Below, in pieces: positions 9,290 to 19,418 of a DNA stretch of 64,000 nt. A model generated the notes under the pieces. That model had not been told where the DNA came from, did not search any database, and saw only the letters and a program-made list of their open reading frames with translations. Within the stretch, counting starts at the first letter, position 1. Each line of letters opens with the position of its first letter. The translations under genes and the position numbers were made by a program. Source of the DNA: an uncultured bacterium (GTDB taxonomy: Bacteria > Abyssobacteria > SURF-5); NCBI GenBank assembly GCA_964450145.1, contig CAYVDS010000002.1, positions 9,978 to 73,977 on the forward strand. The letters run 5' to 3'.

Positions 9290-9387
9290 TAGTTAGGAGC
9301 GCTTGATCACGCCTCGGCGTGATTAATTGTGGAAGAAAGGTGAAGCTTGACATCCATCATGTCATTCTGAGCGTAGCGAAGAATCTC
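9287..9387 (+). repeat. Composite interspersed element R5, copy A
   Basis: CCTTAGTTAGGAGCGCTTGATCACGCCtcgGGCGTGATTAATTG...GTCATTCTGAGCGTAGCGAAGAATCTC. It combines an SD-like box, a TGATCACGCC/GGCGTGATTA hairpin and the widespread GTCATTGCGAGCGAAGCGAAGCAATC-type box. Confidence 0.7.
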
Positions 9388-9400
9388 TTTTTTGTTTCTT

Positions 9401-9435
9401 TTGACCTTGAACCTTTGACCTTGAACCTACTTTCT
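9401..9435. repeat. Heptad-periodic array, 5 units (ttgacct tgaacct ttgacct tgaacct actttct)
   Basis: Read directly. It is followed by TTAGGAG and the ATG at 9448. Confidence 0.75.
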
Positions 9436-9447
9436 TAGGAGAGCCAA

Positions 9448-9831
9448 ATGGCGGAAAGCAGAAACATTCTTATAGCCGACGATAACGAAGACGCGCGTCA
9501 ACTCTTTTGTGACATCATCAAGTTGTTGGGCTTTACGCCCAAGGCCGTGAGCAGCGGCGTGGCCGCCCTGCAGCAACTCAAAGTCACCCCTTTCGACATG
9601 GTTATCCTCGACATGCGCATGCCCGACCTCAACGGCCTCGACACGTTCAAAGCCATCCGCCAGTTCGATTCTTCTGTTCCCGTGGTTCTGACGACCGGCT
9701 TCGGCCTGGACAAAGGCGTGCAAGAAGCCCTAAGCATGGGCGCCCTCCTGTGCATCGAGAAACCCTTCAACGTCGCGCGGACCATGAAAACCATCCGCGA
9801 CATTATCGAAAAAGAAACGCCCAGGAAATAG
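9448..9831 (+). CDS. Stand-alone CheY-like response regulator (receiver domain only)
   Basis: 127 aa with the receiver motifs ADDNED, ILDMRMPDLNG, LTTGFG and EKPF. Confidence 0.9.
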   Translation: MAESRNILIADDNEDARQLFCDIIKLLGFTPKAVSSGVAALQQLKVTPFDMVILDMRMPDLNGLDTFKAIRQFDSSVPVVLTTGFGLDKGVQEALSMGALLCIEKPFNVARTMKTIRDIIEKETPRK

Positions 9832-9907
9832 TCGAACTTTTCCCGCCGTCCACCCTTCTTTTCGCTTTTACCCTTTCGCGTAATTCGTGTCACCGGTCTT
9901 CTGCTCA

Positions 9908-9937
9908 TTGACGAACTTTTCAGCAGCGTGTTATACT
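9908..9937 (+). promoter_or_regulatory. Candidate sigma-70 promoter (TTGACG-N18-TATACT with TGt extended -10)
   Basis: cattGACGaacttttcagcagcgTGtTATACTttt. It points toward the small ORF at 10128 and pcm. Confidence 0.4.
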
Positions 9938-10003
9938 TTTTCGACAGACTTGGACGGGGCATTCCGAGCAATTGACCGCGTCTGTGGCGGACTTGGAGAA
10001 GCA

Positions 10004-10054
10004 TGGATTCCCGCCCCGCGCCCCCCAAGGGGGGACAGGCTTCGCAGGAATGAC
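10004..10054. repeat. R1 hairpin repeat, long-loop variant (TGGATTCCCGC...GGACAGGCTTCGCAGGAATGAC)
   Basis: It shares both arms and the loop end GGACAGGCTTyGCrGGAATGAC with the copy inside mtaB (41879-41928). Confidence 0.6.
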
Positions 10055-10082
10055 ATAAATTACGTAGCTTTTTGAATCTCAG

Positions 10083-10110
10083 CCAGAAACTCGGAACCGG
10101 GAACCGCATT
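10083..10110. repeat. Heptad-periodic array, 4 units (ccagaaa ctcggaa ccgggaa ccgcatt)
   Basis: Read directly. It is followed by the SD GGTGGAGG and the GTG at 10128. Confidence 0.65.
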
Positions 10111-10127
10111 TCGGTGGAGGACACGAG

Positions 10128-10274
10128 GTGAAGTTGGAGAGTTTTTCCTATCGAGTCGTCCTGAAGACGCTCGAAGTTCTTGAGACACAATATCATTACA
10201 AGATTCCGGAAGAAGCAAAGAAAGAGATTGCCGAGGCGGTCGTCAAACAGATAGACTCGTTGCTGGAAGAGTAG
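10128..10274 (+). CDS. Small hypothetical protein (48 aa; VKLESFSYRVVLKTLEVLETQYHYKIPEEAKKEIAEAVVKQIDSLLEE)
   Basis: Too short for the ORF track. A strong SD (GGTGGAGG) lies 7 nt upstream of the GTG. The product looks helical with charged residues. It sits in the gap before pcm. Confidence 0.35.
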   Translation: MKLESFSYRVVLKTLEVLETQYHYKIPEEAKKEIAEAVVKQIDSLLEE

Positions 10275-10324
10275 ATGTCCCCGTTTCACATGAGCGAATA
10301 CCCCCGGCAATTCTCGGCTCGACC

Positions 10325-10999
10325 ATGATGACTCTGTTTGGAAGAGCGGCAGCCCCTCCCGATTTCGACGAAGCCCGCCGATTGATGGTTGAAAGACAAC
10401 TTCGCGGCCGTGGAATCAAGGATGAGAGAGTGCTTGCCGCCATGCTGCTTGTGCCGAGGCATGAATTCGTGCCCGACGAGCTTAAGGCCCAGGCGTACGA
10501 GGACCATCCGATCTCGATCGGAGAAAACCAAACCATTTCACAGCCGTTCATGGTCGCGATCATGACGCAGGAACTCCTGCTGAAACCCTCCGATCAGGTG
10601 CTTGAGATCGGCACGGGCAGCGGGTACCAGGCGGCGGTTCTTTCGAGGCTGGCGTCGATGGTCTACACAGTCGAGAGGCGTCAGCGTCTGGCCTGCCTCT
10701 CTTACGCGACGCTGGCGAAGCTCGGCTACCGTAACGTGAGCGTTTTCTGCGCGGACGGAAGCAGAGGACTTCCGGATAATGGGCCATATGACGGCATAAT
10801 CGTCACGGCCGGCGCGCCGGAAGTTCCCACTGTATTGCTCGAACAACTCGCCGACGGTGGCAGGCTCGTGATACCCGTCGGCCAGAAAATGCATCAGGTT
10901 TGCAAACGGATAACGAAGTGGGGGAGCCGCTACGAAACCGAAGACCTGACCGGCTGCGTTTTTGTCCCGCTCATCGGGAGGTTCGGCTGGGAAATTTAG
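10325..10999 (+). CDS. pcm: Protein-L-isoaspartate O-methyltransferase
   Basis: Diagnostic motifs are present: [51 protein letters not shown] and GGRLVIPVG. Confidence 0.93.
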   Translation: MMTLFGRAAAPPDFDEARRLMVERQLRGRGIKDERVLAAMLLVPRHEFVPDELKAQAYEDHPISIGENQTISQPFMVAIMTQELLLKPSDQVLEIGTGSGYQAAVLSRLASMVYTVERRQRLACLSYATLAKLGYRNVSVFCADGSRGLPDNGPYDGIIVTAGAPEVPTVLLEQLADGGRLVIPVGQKMHQVCKRITKWGSRYETEDLTGCVFVPLIGRFGWEI

Positions 11000-11095
11000 G
11001 CATCGTAAGGGGTCTACACGGCCCGTTGCCCAAACCAAATTCGATGAATTTCCTGGCCGGATGGAGCATGATATTCATGGAATTCTTTTTTTTAT

Positions 11096-11120
11096 CATTC
11101 CCGCGAAGGCGGGAATCCAT
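11096..11120. repeat. R1 hairpin repeat (TCATTCCCGCgaagGCGGGAATCCA)
   Basis: Palindrome read directly. The same unit occurs at 28941, 28991 (inverted), 57814, 59478 and 41879. Confidence 0.75.
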
Positions 11121-11241
11121 TTTTCTTCTAACCGAAACATTTGGGCAACACGCCGTACACATTGACAAGATTGCAACTGAAAAATATTGGGGCCATAAAG
11201 TTGGTCTTGTCAATGCGTGACCCCTTACGAGAGGGAATCTG

Positions 11242-14109
11242 ATGGAAGAGCGTTTTATCGTAATCAGGGGCGCGAAAGAACACAACCTCAAGAACCTCGA
11301 TTTGCGCATCCCGCGGGACAGGCTCGTCGTCATCACGGGGCTTAGCGGGTCGGGCAAATCGAGTCTCGCGTTCGACACGATTTACGCCGAGGGACAGCGG
11401 CGCTATGTCGAGAGCCTGTCCGCGTACGCCCGCCAGTTCCTCGAACAGATGCAGAAGCCCGACGTCGAACATATCGAAGGCTTGTCACCTGCGATCTCGA
11501 TCGAGCAGAAAAGCGCGGGAAAGAATCCTCGCTCGACCGTGGGCACTATCACGGAGATATATGACTACCTGCGGGTGCTGTTCGCCCGCATTGGCTCTCC
11601 CCATTGCTATAAGTGCGGCAAGGCAATCTCATCACAGACGGCTCAGGAGATTACCGACCAGATTGCCTCATTGCCCGAGGGCACGCGGCTCACGCTGCTG
11701 GCGCCGCTCGTCAGGGGACGCAAAGGCGAATACAGGCACATTTTTGAGAATATCCGAAAGGAAGGCTACGTTCGCGTCCGGGTAGACGGAAAGATTCACG
11801 ATGTGAACGAGGAAATAAAACTCGCCAAGCGCAAAGCTCACGACGTGGACGTGGTAGTTGACCGGCTCGTATCCAAGCCGGGCGCGCTCACCAGGCTCAA
11901 CGACTCGGTAGAGACATGCCTCCGGCTCGGCAAAGGGATCATGAGGCTTCAATACGAGCCGCCTGCGGAAAAACTCAGGAAACCCATCGAGCAAATATTC
12001 AGCGAACGTTTGGCGTGCATCGAATGCGGAATCAGCTACGCCGAACTCGAGCCGCGAATGTTCTCGTTCAACAGCCCTCACGGCGCGTGCACGACGTGCA
12101 GCGGGCTCGGCGCGAATCTTGAAATAGACCCCGGCATGATCGTGCCTGACCCGTCGAAGAGCCTGCGCGAAGGCGCCATTGAACCGTGGGAGACGACTCA
12201 AAAGACCTCACGCTACTTCGGGCAAGTGCTCGAGCAGGTGAGCAGGCACTTCGGCATAAAAACCGATATCCCTTTCAAAAGCCTTGACGCGCGCGACCAG
12301 CGAATTCTCCTTTATGGCTCGAACAGCGAGGAGATCAAATTCACGCTCTCGCACGGCCGCAACAAGTACATGTTCCAGAAGGCATTCGAAGGGGTCATTC
12401 CGAACCTCGAGCGGAGATATAAGGAGACCGACTCAGCGGCGATCAGGGAAATGGTGGAGGCGTACATGAGGCCGCGCCCATGCAGCGCATGCGGGGGCTC
12501 GCGACTCAAGCCGGAAAGCCTCGCGGTCCGAATAGGGGGCAAGAACATCGCCGAGTTGACGGCGCTTTCTGTCAGCGACGCCCGCGGGTTCCTGCGAAAA
12601 CTGAAACTCTCCAGAACACAGACGCTCATCGCCGGAAGGATTTTGAAAGAGATCGGCGAGCGACTCGATTTCATGCTCGATGTCGGACTCGACTATCTGA
12701 CGCTCGACCGAGCTGCGGGCACGCTCGCAGGCGGCGAGGCTCAAAGAATCCGCCTGGCGACGCAAGTGGGGTCAGGGCTTGTCGGGGTGCTGTACATATT
12801 GGACGAGCCAAGTATCGGCCTGCACCAGAGAGACAACCACAGGCTTCTTCAAACCCTTCTCCGGCTGCGAGACATGGGGAACACGGTGATTGTCGTCGAA
12901 CACGACGAAGCCACCATCCGATCCGCCGACTACGTTATAGACCTCGGGCCGGGCGCAGGGGCGCACGGCGGAGATGTCGTAGTGACCGGCGCTCCGCAGG
13001 ATATCATGGCATGCGAGACCTCGCTGACCTGCAAGTATTTGAGCGGGAAGCTGAAAATCGAGGTCCCTGGCCTCCGCCGCATGTCGAACGGCCAATCCCT
13101 GACGCTGGCCGGCGCGCGACACAACAATCTGAAAAACATACGCGTGGATTTTCCGCTGGGGTTGTTCATTTGCGTAACCGGCGTGTCCGGCTCGGGGAAA
13201 TCATCACTGGTTGACGAGACGCTCTATCCGGCGATTGCGAAGAAATTCTACCGGGCGAAGCTCGAGCCGGGCGCATACTCCGATCTGCTCGGTCTGGAAC
13301 ACATTGACAAAGTGATTGACATCGACCAATCTCCCATCGGGCGAACGCCGCGCTCGAACCCGGCCACGTATACGGGCGTGTTCACTCATATTCGCGACCT
13401 CTTCGCGAAAGTTCCGGACTCAAAAGTTCGCGGATACAGGCCGGGACGATTCAGCTTCAACGTCAAGGGCGGACGTTGCGAGGCGTGCGCCGGCGACGGG
13501 CTAATCAAGATCGAGATGCACTTCCTGCCCGATGTGTACGTGACGTGCGAGGCATGCGGCGGACTTCGCTATAACCGCGAAACGCTTGCGATCAAGTATA
13601 AGGGAAAGAGCATCGCCGAGGTGCTCGATATGACGGTAGAGACCGCTCTCGAGTTCTTCGAAGGCATCCCCGCGATCAAGCAGAAATTGAAGACTTTGTT
13701 CGACGTCGGACTGGGTTACATAAAACTAGGGCAATCATCCACCACGCTCTCCGGCGGTGAGGCGCAGCGCATCAAACTTTCCACCGAACTGTCGCGCCGC
13801 GATACGGGAAGAACGGTATACATCCTCGATGAGCCGACAACCGGCCTTCACTTCGACGATATCAAGCGGCTCCTCGCAATTCTGGGCCGCCTCGTCGATG
13901 CCGGCAACACGGTGATTGTCATCGAGCACAATCTCGATGTCATAAAGACCGCCGACTACCTGATCGATCTCGGTCCCGAAGGCGGCGACGCGGGTGGATA
14001 CGTCATCGCGACGGGCACGCCCGAGGACGTGGCTCAATCTAAGGAATCGTTCACCGGCCAGTACCTGAGGCCGATACTCGAGAGGGAAGCCGTCGCTCGA
14101 TATGCGTGA
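11242..14109 (+). CDS. uvrA: Excinuclease ABC subunit A
   Basis: 955 aa starting [60 protein letters not shown]. It has two ABC modules, zinc-finger cysteines and LSGGEAQRI twice. Confidence 0.98.
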   Translation: MEERFIVIRGAKEHNLKNLDLRIPRDRLVVITGLSGSGKSSLAFDTIYAEGQRRYVESLSAYARQFLEQMQKPDVEHIEGLSPAISIEQKSAGKNPRSTVGTITEIYDYLRVLFARIGSPHCYKCGKAISSQTAQEITDQIASLPEGTRLTLLAPLVRGRKGEYRHIFENIRKEGYVRVRVDGKIHDVNEEIKLAKRKAHDVDVVVDRLVSKPGALTRLNDSVETCLRLGKGIMRLQYEPPAEKLRKPIEQIFSERLACIECGISYAELEPRMFSFNSPHGACTTCSGLGANLEIDPGMIVPDPSKSLREGAIEPWETTQKTSRYFGQVLEQVSRHFGIKTDIPFKSLDARDQRILLYGSNSEEIKFTLSHGRNKYMFQKAFEGVIPNLERRYKETDSAAIREMVEAYMRPRPCSACGGSRLKPESLAVRIGGKNIAELTALSVSDARGFLRKLKLSRTQTLIAGRILKEIGERLDFMLDVGLDYLTLDRAAGTLAGGEAQRIRLATQVGSGLVGVLYILDEPSIGLHQRDNHRLLQTLLRLRDMGNTVIVVEHDEATIRSADYVIDLGPGAGAHGGDVVVTGAPQDIMACETSLTCKYLSGKLKIEVPGLRRMSNGQSLTLAGARHNNLKNIRVDFPLGLFICVTGVSGSGKSSLVDETLYPAIAKKFYRAKLEPGAYSDLLGLEHIDKVIDIDQSPIGRTPRSNPATYTGVFTHIRDLFAKVPDSKVRGYRPGRFSFNVKGGRCEACAGDGLIKIEMHFLPDVYVTCEACGGLRYNRETLAIKYKGKSIAEVLDMTVETALEFFEGIPAIKQKLKTLFDVGLGYIKLGQSSTTLSGGEAQRIKLSTELSRRDTGRTVYILDEPTTGLHFDDIKRLLAILGRLVDAGNTVIVIEHNLDVIKTADYLIDLGPEGGDAGGYVIATGTPEDVAQSKESFTGQYLRPILEREAVARYA

Positions 14110-14175
14110 CTCGTGACTCGCGACTCCGCATGTATTCAACAAGAAACCAGAATCTCGAAACCAGAAACCGTTCTT
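14106..14175. repeat. Heptad-periodic array, 10 units (gtgactc gtgactc gcgactc cgcatgt attcaac aagaaac cagaatc tcgaaac cagaaac cgttctt)
   Basis: Read directly. The uvrA stop codon TGA (14107-14109) lies inside the first unit. It is a paralog of 9227-9289 with one extra unit. Confidence 0.8.
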
Positions 14176-14210
14176 AAAGAGGTGTTGCCTTTATCCGAAA
14201 CGGTGAGTGT

Positions 14211-15755
14211 GTGAGAGAAGCGGGCTTGCGCCGTTTGAGCGAGTGGCTGCCTTCCTTCGTGGCTTTCGCGGCGCAGTTCGCTTTTTTCTTGTTCCTCGCA
14301 CAGCGCCGGATTGTTGACAGCGATGAAGGTTTTTACCTGTATGCCTCAAAACTGGTCGCGGCGGATGGGGTGGCCCTCTACCTCGACTTCTTCTATCCGC
14401 AAATGCCGGTCCTGCCATATTCCTACGGCGTATGGATGCGGCTCTTCGGATTCGACTGGGAAGCGGCTCGCTTGCTCTCGGCGCTTTCAGCGGCTATCGT
14501 TGGGACGCTCCTCTTCCATCACGTGCGCGCCTCGACGGGACGCATTGTTTTGGCCTTTGGCAGTCTTCTGCTCTACGCGCTTAATATTTCCATATTGCTC
14601 TTCTTTCTGACGGCAAAAACCTTCGGCCTTGCGACTCTTTTCCTTTTCGCAGGTCTCCTGGCGGCAGCGGGAGAGAGACAATTGCAGGAAAGATTCGAAT
14701 CGGGCGATCTAAGATTCCTGGTCGCCGGCATTCTCACGGCGTTGAGCGCGCAAGTTCGCCTTTACTTCGTCGTCGCCGCCCCAATCATGGTTCTATGGCT
14801 GTGGAGATACCGAGGAGGGTCGCGCAGATTTCCGTGGCTTTTCTGCGCCGGATTTGCCGTCGGCTCGCTTCCATCGCTCTTTTTCCTGGTCCTTGCGCCG
14901 CGACAATTCATATTTGACAATCTCATTTACCATTCCGTTCGCAACCCCTTCGGCTTGATTGCTGAATTGGACCAAAAACTGGCTGTGGCGAAACAACTCT
15001 TTTTCGGAGCGGGCCGCTGGCGGCCCACACAGTTCTCGATGCTCTTCGCAGGAATGGCGTCGAGCCTATTCCTCTGGAAGCGCGTGAGCGGAACAGCGAA
15101 GGCTGCGGCCGCGCTCTCATTCGCGCTCGGCATTGTCTCGATCCTGCCGACTCCCACATTTGGCCAATACTTTTGCGTGCTCGTGCCGTTTTTGATAATC
15201 TCTTTCATCGGCTCGGTTGATGCGCTGGCGCGCGCACTGCGCGACCCCCTATATCAGAGGGCGGCATGGATTCTGTTCCTGCTCTTTTCGATTGCTTACG
15301 CAGGATGGTCGGTATCGAGAATCGAAAGCGTCTTCATCAACGCTAAAGCGGCGCCTGGTTCCGATTCCAGGACGGACCCCTTCGATTGGAGAATCGGGAC
15401 CGTTGAGAGAGTGTCGGAACTGGTAAAGAACAGCGCGCGGCCGGATGACCTGGTGGTAAGCGTCTGGCCGGGCTACCTGCTTACCGCGGAACGGCGGCTT
15501 TACCCGGGAATGGAAAACCAGTACGGCGTCGAGAGTTCTACGAGAATTCCTCGCGAGAAGGCCGCACTTTACAGGATTTTGCGAGCGGACGAGATTCCAA
15601 AGGCGGTCGCTGACCCGGCAACGGGAGTGGTGGTTATTGACAACTGGTCGGGTCCTGGAATCGCCCCTACGAGGCAATCGCTCGCAACAAGCTATGAGTC
15701 TGCCGGGCAGATTGGCAATACGGAAGTCTTCTTGCGTGTCCGAAGTCGTGAGTAG
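14211..15755 (+). CDS. Polytopic GT-C-fold glycosyltransferase (GT39/ArnT/PMT_2-like)
   Basis: 514 aa with many TM helices and a first-loop acidic motif DSDEGFYLYASKLV. It is a paralog of 17808-19400 (shared YLDFFYPQMPVLPYSYG / YLDFFFFQMPLLPYVYG and WPGYLL motifs). The start is uncertain (GTG 14211 with only a weak nearby SD). Confidence 0.75.
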   Translation: MREAGLRRLSEWLPSFVAFAAQFAFFLFLAQRRIVDSDEGFYLYASKLVAADGVALYLDFFYPQMPVLPYSYGVWMRLFGFDWEAARLLSALSAAIVGTLLFHHVRASTGRIVLAFGSLLLYALNISILLFFLTAKTFGLATLFLFAGLLAAAGERQLQERFESGDLRFLVAGILTALSAQVRLYFVVAAPIMVLWLWRYRGGSRRFPWLFCAGFAVGSLPSLFFLVLAPRQFIFDNLIYHSVRNPFGLIAELDQKLAVAKQLFFGAGRWRPTQFSMLFAGMASSLFLWKRVSGTAKAAAALSFALGIVSILPTPTFGQYFCVLVPFLIISFIGSVDALARALRDPLYQRAAWILFLLFSIAYAGWSVSRIESVFINAKAAPGSDSRTDPFDWRIGTVERVSELVKNSARPDDLVVSVWPGYLLTAERRLYPGMENQYGVESSTRIPREKAALYRILRADEIPKAVADPATGVVVIDNWSGPGIAPTRQSLATSYESAGQIGNTEVFLRVRSRE

Positions 15756-15772
15756 TACGGAAAAGGGTTGAC

Positions 15773-17824
15773 ATGACGAGTCATCCGTTCTTGCGGGTTA
15801 CAGCCCAGCTTCTCTTTGTATTGTTATCTTTTCTATTGCCGTTTTTTCATCTCTCGCGCTGGAAGAGACTCTCTGTTGAAGAAGCCCTCGTCACCTCTTT
15901 CGCCGCCGGCTCTTTACTCTATGGTTTCGTCGCATTCTTCACCCACGCACTCGGGTTGCCGCAGAGAACTGTCCACTGCCTGTCCTTGATTGCGCTTGGG
16001 GCATCCGTCGCGCCTTTTCTGCGGCGCGGGCTCGACTCGCTCCGGGGCATGCGTTTTTCTTGTTTTGGATTCTTTATAGCTTTCCTGCTGCTCGTAATGG
16101 CGCTCGAAGCGAGCTTTCCCGTCTATATCGGCGGCTTCTGGTATTTCGACTGGTGGCAGCACTACAATCTTTCGCAAATGTACATGGGCAAGGTCCCGCA
16201 TGAGTATTTGTGGCTGGGGATGTATAATTTTGCCTCGCGGACGCCTCTCATGAACCTGAATGCCGCGTTTTTTCTGTCGATACTTGGCGACAACTATTGG
16301 ACGTACCAGATTGTGGCCGCGATTCTCAATTGCACATTCATTCTGCCCGCTTTCCTTCTCTGTCGCCACATCTCCGGAAAGAGAGCGGCAACTATGATTT
16401 GCGCTCTTCTTTTCGTTTCTCCCTCGATCGTGCACAATACATGGTATCCGTGGCCGAAACTTTTCGCCGCCTATTTCGTGCTGTTGGCCGCTTATTTCTA
16501 TTTGAAACAGAGGGGTCAGGTCTACACATTTGACACAAAGAAGATCGGGGACATCCCGCCTTTAGCGCCTGTAGCGGGACATCGTATCCCCGATTTTCTC
16601 GCGACCAGTTGTGAAGGCAATCCGACAACCCATGTCCAATGTGTAGACCTGACCCCTTTAGTTTTCGCGCTTGTATGGTCGGGCTTCTTTGCGCATCAGT
16701 CATCGCTCTTTTCTTCGGGAGTGATTCTTATAGACCTGTTTGTCCGGGCGCTTCGGCGGGAACCTCGAAGGGCTCTTCTGTTGGGCGTGGCCTGCGCGCT
16801 ATGCTTCGTTCTCATCAACGGGGTCTGGTTCGCGTGGGCAACAAGTTTTTTTGGGATGAAGCGCAGTTTTCTTTCATATTACGAGCGGCCCGCCACCTTC
16901 GGCGGGCTCTCGGGTTATCTTATCCTATTTACCTACCACACGCTTGCCACGTTCTGCTCGCCATTGTTCGTGCACGACTTTGCTGGAAGGCAGTTCAATG
17001 CATTGCGCTTCTTTGAGAACGTGGAGGTTCTCTACTATAATTCCTTCGCCGGAATCGCGACGGTTGCGGTCTTCGTCACAGCGCTGGTTGTTCTGTTCAA
17101 GCGCCTAAGACTATCGGCGCAGAGCGCAACTGCGTATGCCGTGTTTGCGGCATCGCCCACAGTGCGACGGGTCTTGCTCATAGTGGCAGCATGGGCTTTG
17201 GCAATGGGGGCCCTGATCTTCATTGTTCCGGACTTCGGAGCCGCTCTCTTTTCTCACTATTTCAACCACCCTGATTTTGCGAGAAAGATGTTTTTGTCTC
17301 TTTTCCTCGCCGGGGGTTTTTCGATTGGGGCGGTGGGAGTCGTACTCTGGCAGTTGGGGCGAGGACGCGACGTCGCCGGGCCGCGCTCGGAGGCCGATTT
17401 TGCCGCCACTTTGCTGTTCTGGATGGCGGCTGCCGGATACGCAGGCGGAATAGCCACGCACCATGAGTTATATATTCATGGAATGATCAGCGCAGGCTGC
17501 GCTACATCGGCCTTGCTGACCGTCATGTTTCTGGCCCGGGTGTGTTCGGACGCTTCTCGCACAATGAGAATTTTGCTTGCGATTCCTGTCTTGGGTGAGA
17601 GCTTTCTCGTCACGTGGCTGCCACTCGTCATTATCAAATATAATTGGGGATGGGTCGGCGAAAAAAACTGGGCGCTCAAAGAGCAGAATTCGCTTGTGCT
17701 CATGGCCGATCTCCTTCCGGGCGCATGGAAGGCGCTCGCGCTGTCAGGGATCGCAATACAGATTATCGCGCTCGTCACGTGGGCTCTTTCCACAGGAGAA
17801 GAACAGGTTGGCGGAGTTGACTAA
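15773..17824 (+). CDS. Large polytopic membrane protein (683 aa), possibly a GT-C-type or polymerase-like enzyme
   Basis: Hydrophobic throughout, with more than 12 predicted helices by eye. It sits 17 nt after the preceding GT-C gene and overlaps the next one. I recognise no family. Confidence 0.7.
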   Translation: MTSHPFLRVTAQLLFVLLSFLLPFFHLSRWKRLSVEEALVTSFAAGSLLYGFVAFFTHALGLPQRTVHCLSLIALGASVAPFLRRGLDSLRGMRFSCFGFFIAFLLLVMALEASFPVYIGGFWYFDWWQHYNLSQMYMGKVPHEYLWLGMYNFASRTPLMNLNAAFFLSILGDNYWTYQIVAAILNCTFILPAFLLCRHISGKRAATMICALLFVSPSIVHNTWYPWPKLFAAYFVLLAAYFYLKQRGQVYTFDTKKIGDIPPLAPVAGHRIPDFLATSCEGNPTTHVQCVDLTPLVFALVWSGFFAHQSSLFSSGVILIDLFVRALRREPRRALLLGVACALCFVLINGVWFAWATSFFGMKRSFLSYYERPATFGGLSGYLILFTYHTLATFCSPLFVHDFAGRQFNALRFFENVEVLYYNSFAGIATVAVFVTALVVLFKRLRLSAQSATAYAVFAASPTVRRVLLIVAAWALAMGALIFIVPDFGAALFSHYFNHPDFARKMFLSLFLAGGFSIGAVGVVLWQLGRGRDVAGPRSEADFAATLLFWMAAAGYAGGIATHHELYIHGMISAGCATSALLTVMFLARVCSDASRTMRILLAIPVLGESFLVTWLPLVIIKYNWGWVGEKNWALKEQNSLVLMADLLPGAWKALALSGIAIQIIALVTWALSTGEEQVGGVD

Positions 17825-19400
17825 GGAAAAAGCCGCCTCGAAGAGGGATGACTGCAGGGGCGTTAAGGTTTCGCTCACCCTTGTTCTGTTCTTCTTTCTT
17901 TTTATTTTTTTTGCTTTCGCCGCGCTCAGCAGGCCTGCCGATGTCGACGAGGGGTTCCATTTGGTCTGCGGGAAATCAATTTTTGGCGAGGGTCGTCACC
18001 CATATTTGGATTTCTTTTTCTTCCAGATGCCTCTTTTGCCCTATGTGTACGGCGGCGTCATGAAGCTGTTCGGGTACAACTGGACCGTTGCCAGATTGCT
18101 GTGCAGTCTCCTTGCATCCGCCACCGGCGCTCTCCTTTGCGCGTATGCTTTCGAAAGAACAAAGAGCAAGAGCCTTGCTACCTTTTTCGCGCTTATATAC
18201 TGTCACGCCCCCTACGTGTTCATATGGTTTACTTGCGCGAGGACTCATGCGCTCTCCACGTTTCTGTTGATGATTTCCATCTGTTTGCTTCCTCCTCTGG
18301 CCAGGTGCGCCTCCACCCTTTCGTACATTATCTCTGGCTTTTTCCTGGGTCTCAGCGTTGACACCCGCCTTTACTTTCTAGTGCTCGTTCCTGTCCTCGC
18401 CTTTCACGTGAGCAGAGTCGAAAAAGGCAGAGGCGCGCGAATGGTCGGATTCTTTGTAATGGGCGTGGCCGCAAGCTTGATGGTGAATGCGCCTTTTCTT
18501 ATCGCCGACCCGCAGAGGTATCTCTTGAACGTGATCGGTTATCATGCGATAAAAACGAGCGGCGGGCTGGTTGGATACTTCGGACAGAAGATCGATGTTC
18601 TGGCCCAGACTTTTCTCGATTATCCCGCAATGCGGCCGACGCTTTATCTTGGCTACGTGGTCGTCTTTCTGGTATACCCGGTAATTCGCATATTGCGGCG
18701 GTCGCCTCTTGCGGAATGGAACCCTGCATGGTACGCGGCAGGCACGCTCTTTGTGGTTTCTCTGCTCCCCACGCCCACGCTCGGCCAGTATTTCTCAGTC
18801 CCGGCGCCGTTTTTCATGCTGGTGGCCGTTGATGTCCTCAGCGCGATCATGGATTATGCGAGAAGCCCGCTCGCGAGGAAAGCGATAACTGTCGGTATCG
18901 CTTTGGGAACCGTGTTCTTTGTCTATGTGGGAAGCGGCAGGCTTAGTTTCTACATACTTCAAGGGAATAATCTCGAGGGGTCTATGCCGACTGAAGGTGG
19001 CAAACAGGATTGGAATCTGGAAAATGTCAGAGAAGTCTCCAAGGCCATCGACAAGCTTGTGGCGGCGGATACCCCGGTCTTCAGTCTGTGGCCCGGCTAC
19101 TTGCTCGAGTCGCACGTCGAGATCATGCCGAAGACCGAAAATGTCACGCTTCTCGAGATAGAGGAAATGGTTCCTAAGCAGATCTATGCGCTTTCGCAGA
19201 CAGTTTCGGACGCTGAAATCCGCGAGGACATTTCCACCAGAAAAATCGCTCTGTTCGTTTACGGCAATTCGATTGCTCCACATGTCCAGGAATACAAATC
19301 CCTTCTCATCGAGAACGGGTACACAGTCGCGCAGAAAATCGGCGGAATATCGCTTTTCCTGTCACCTGAACATCCGGCGCGCGATGAACCTGAGCAGTAA
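17808..19400 (+). CDS. Polytopic GT-C-fold glycosyltransferase, paralog of 14211-15755
   Basis: Acidic loop motif DVDEGFHLVCGKSI. No ATG occurs before the first TM helix, so I propose a TTG start at 17808 (GGAGAA 7 nt upstream). The track ORF begins at 17577 inside the upstream gene. Confidence 0.7.
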   Translation: MAELTKEKAASKRDDCRGVKVSLTLVLFFFLFIFFAFAALSRPADVDEGFHLVCGKSIFGEGRHPYLDFFFFQMPLLPYVYGGVMKLFGYNWTVARLLCSLLASATGALLCAYAFERTKSKSLATFFALIYCHAPYVFIWFTCARTHALSTFLLMISICLLPPLARCASTLSYIISGFFLGLSVDTRLYFLVLVPVLAFHVSRVEKGRGARMVGFFVMGVAASLMVNAPFLIADPQRYLLNVIGYHAIKTSGGLVGYFGQKIDVLAQTFLDYPAMRPTLYLGYVVVFLVYPVIRILRRSPLAEWNPAWYAAGTLFVVSLLPTPTLGQYFSVPAPFFMLVAVDVLSAIMDYARSPLARKAITVGIALGTVFFVYVGSGRLSFYILQGNNLEGSMPTEGGKQDWNLENVREVSKAIDKLVAADTPVFSLWPGYLLESHVEIMPKTENVTLLEIEEMVPKQIYALSQTVSDAEIREDISTRKIALFVYGNSIAPHVQEYKSLLIENGYTVAQKIGGISLFLSPEHPARDEPEQ

Positions 19401-19418
19401 TGCGTCTGCGCTTGTCCT

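Noticed and set aside
9498-10310. 270-aa minus-strand ORF covering the response-regulator gene, the intergenic repeats and the small ORF
   Set aside because: It runs through repeat elements and opposite a canonical receiver-domain gene, and it has no motifs.
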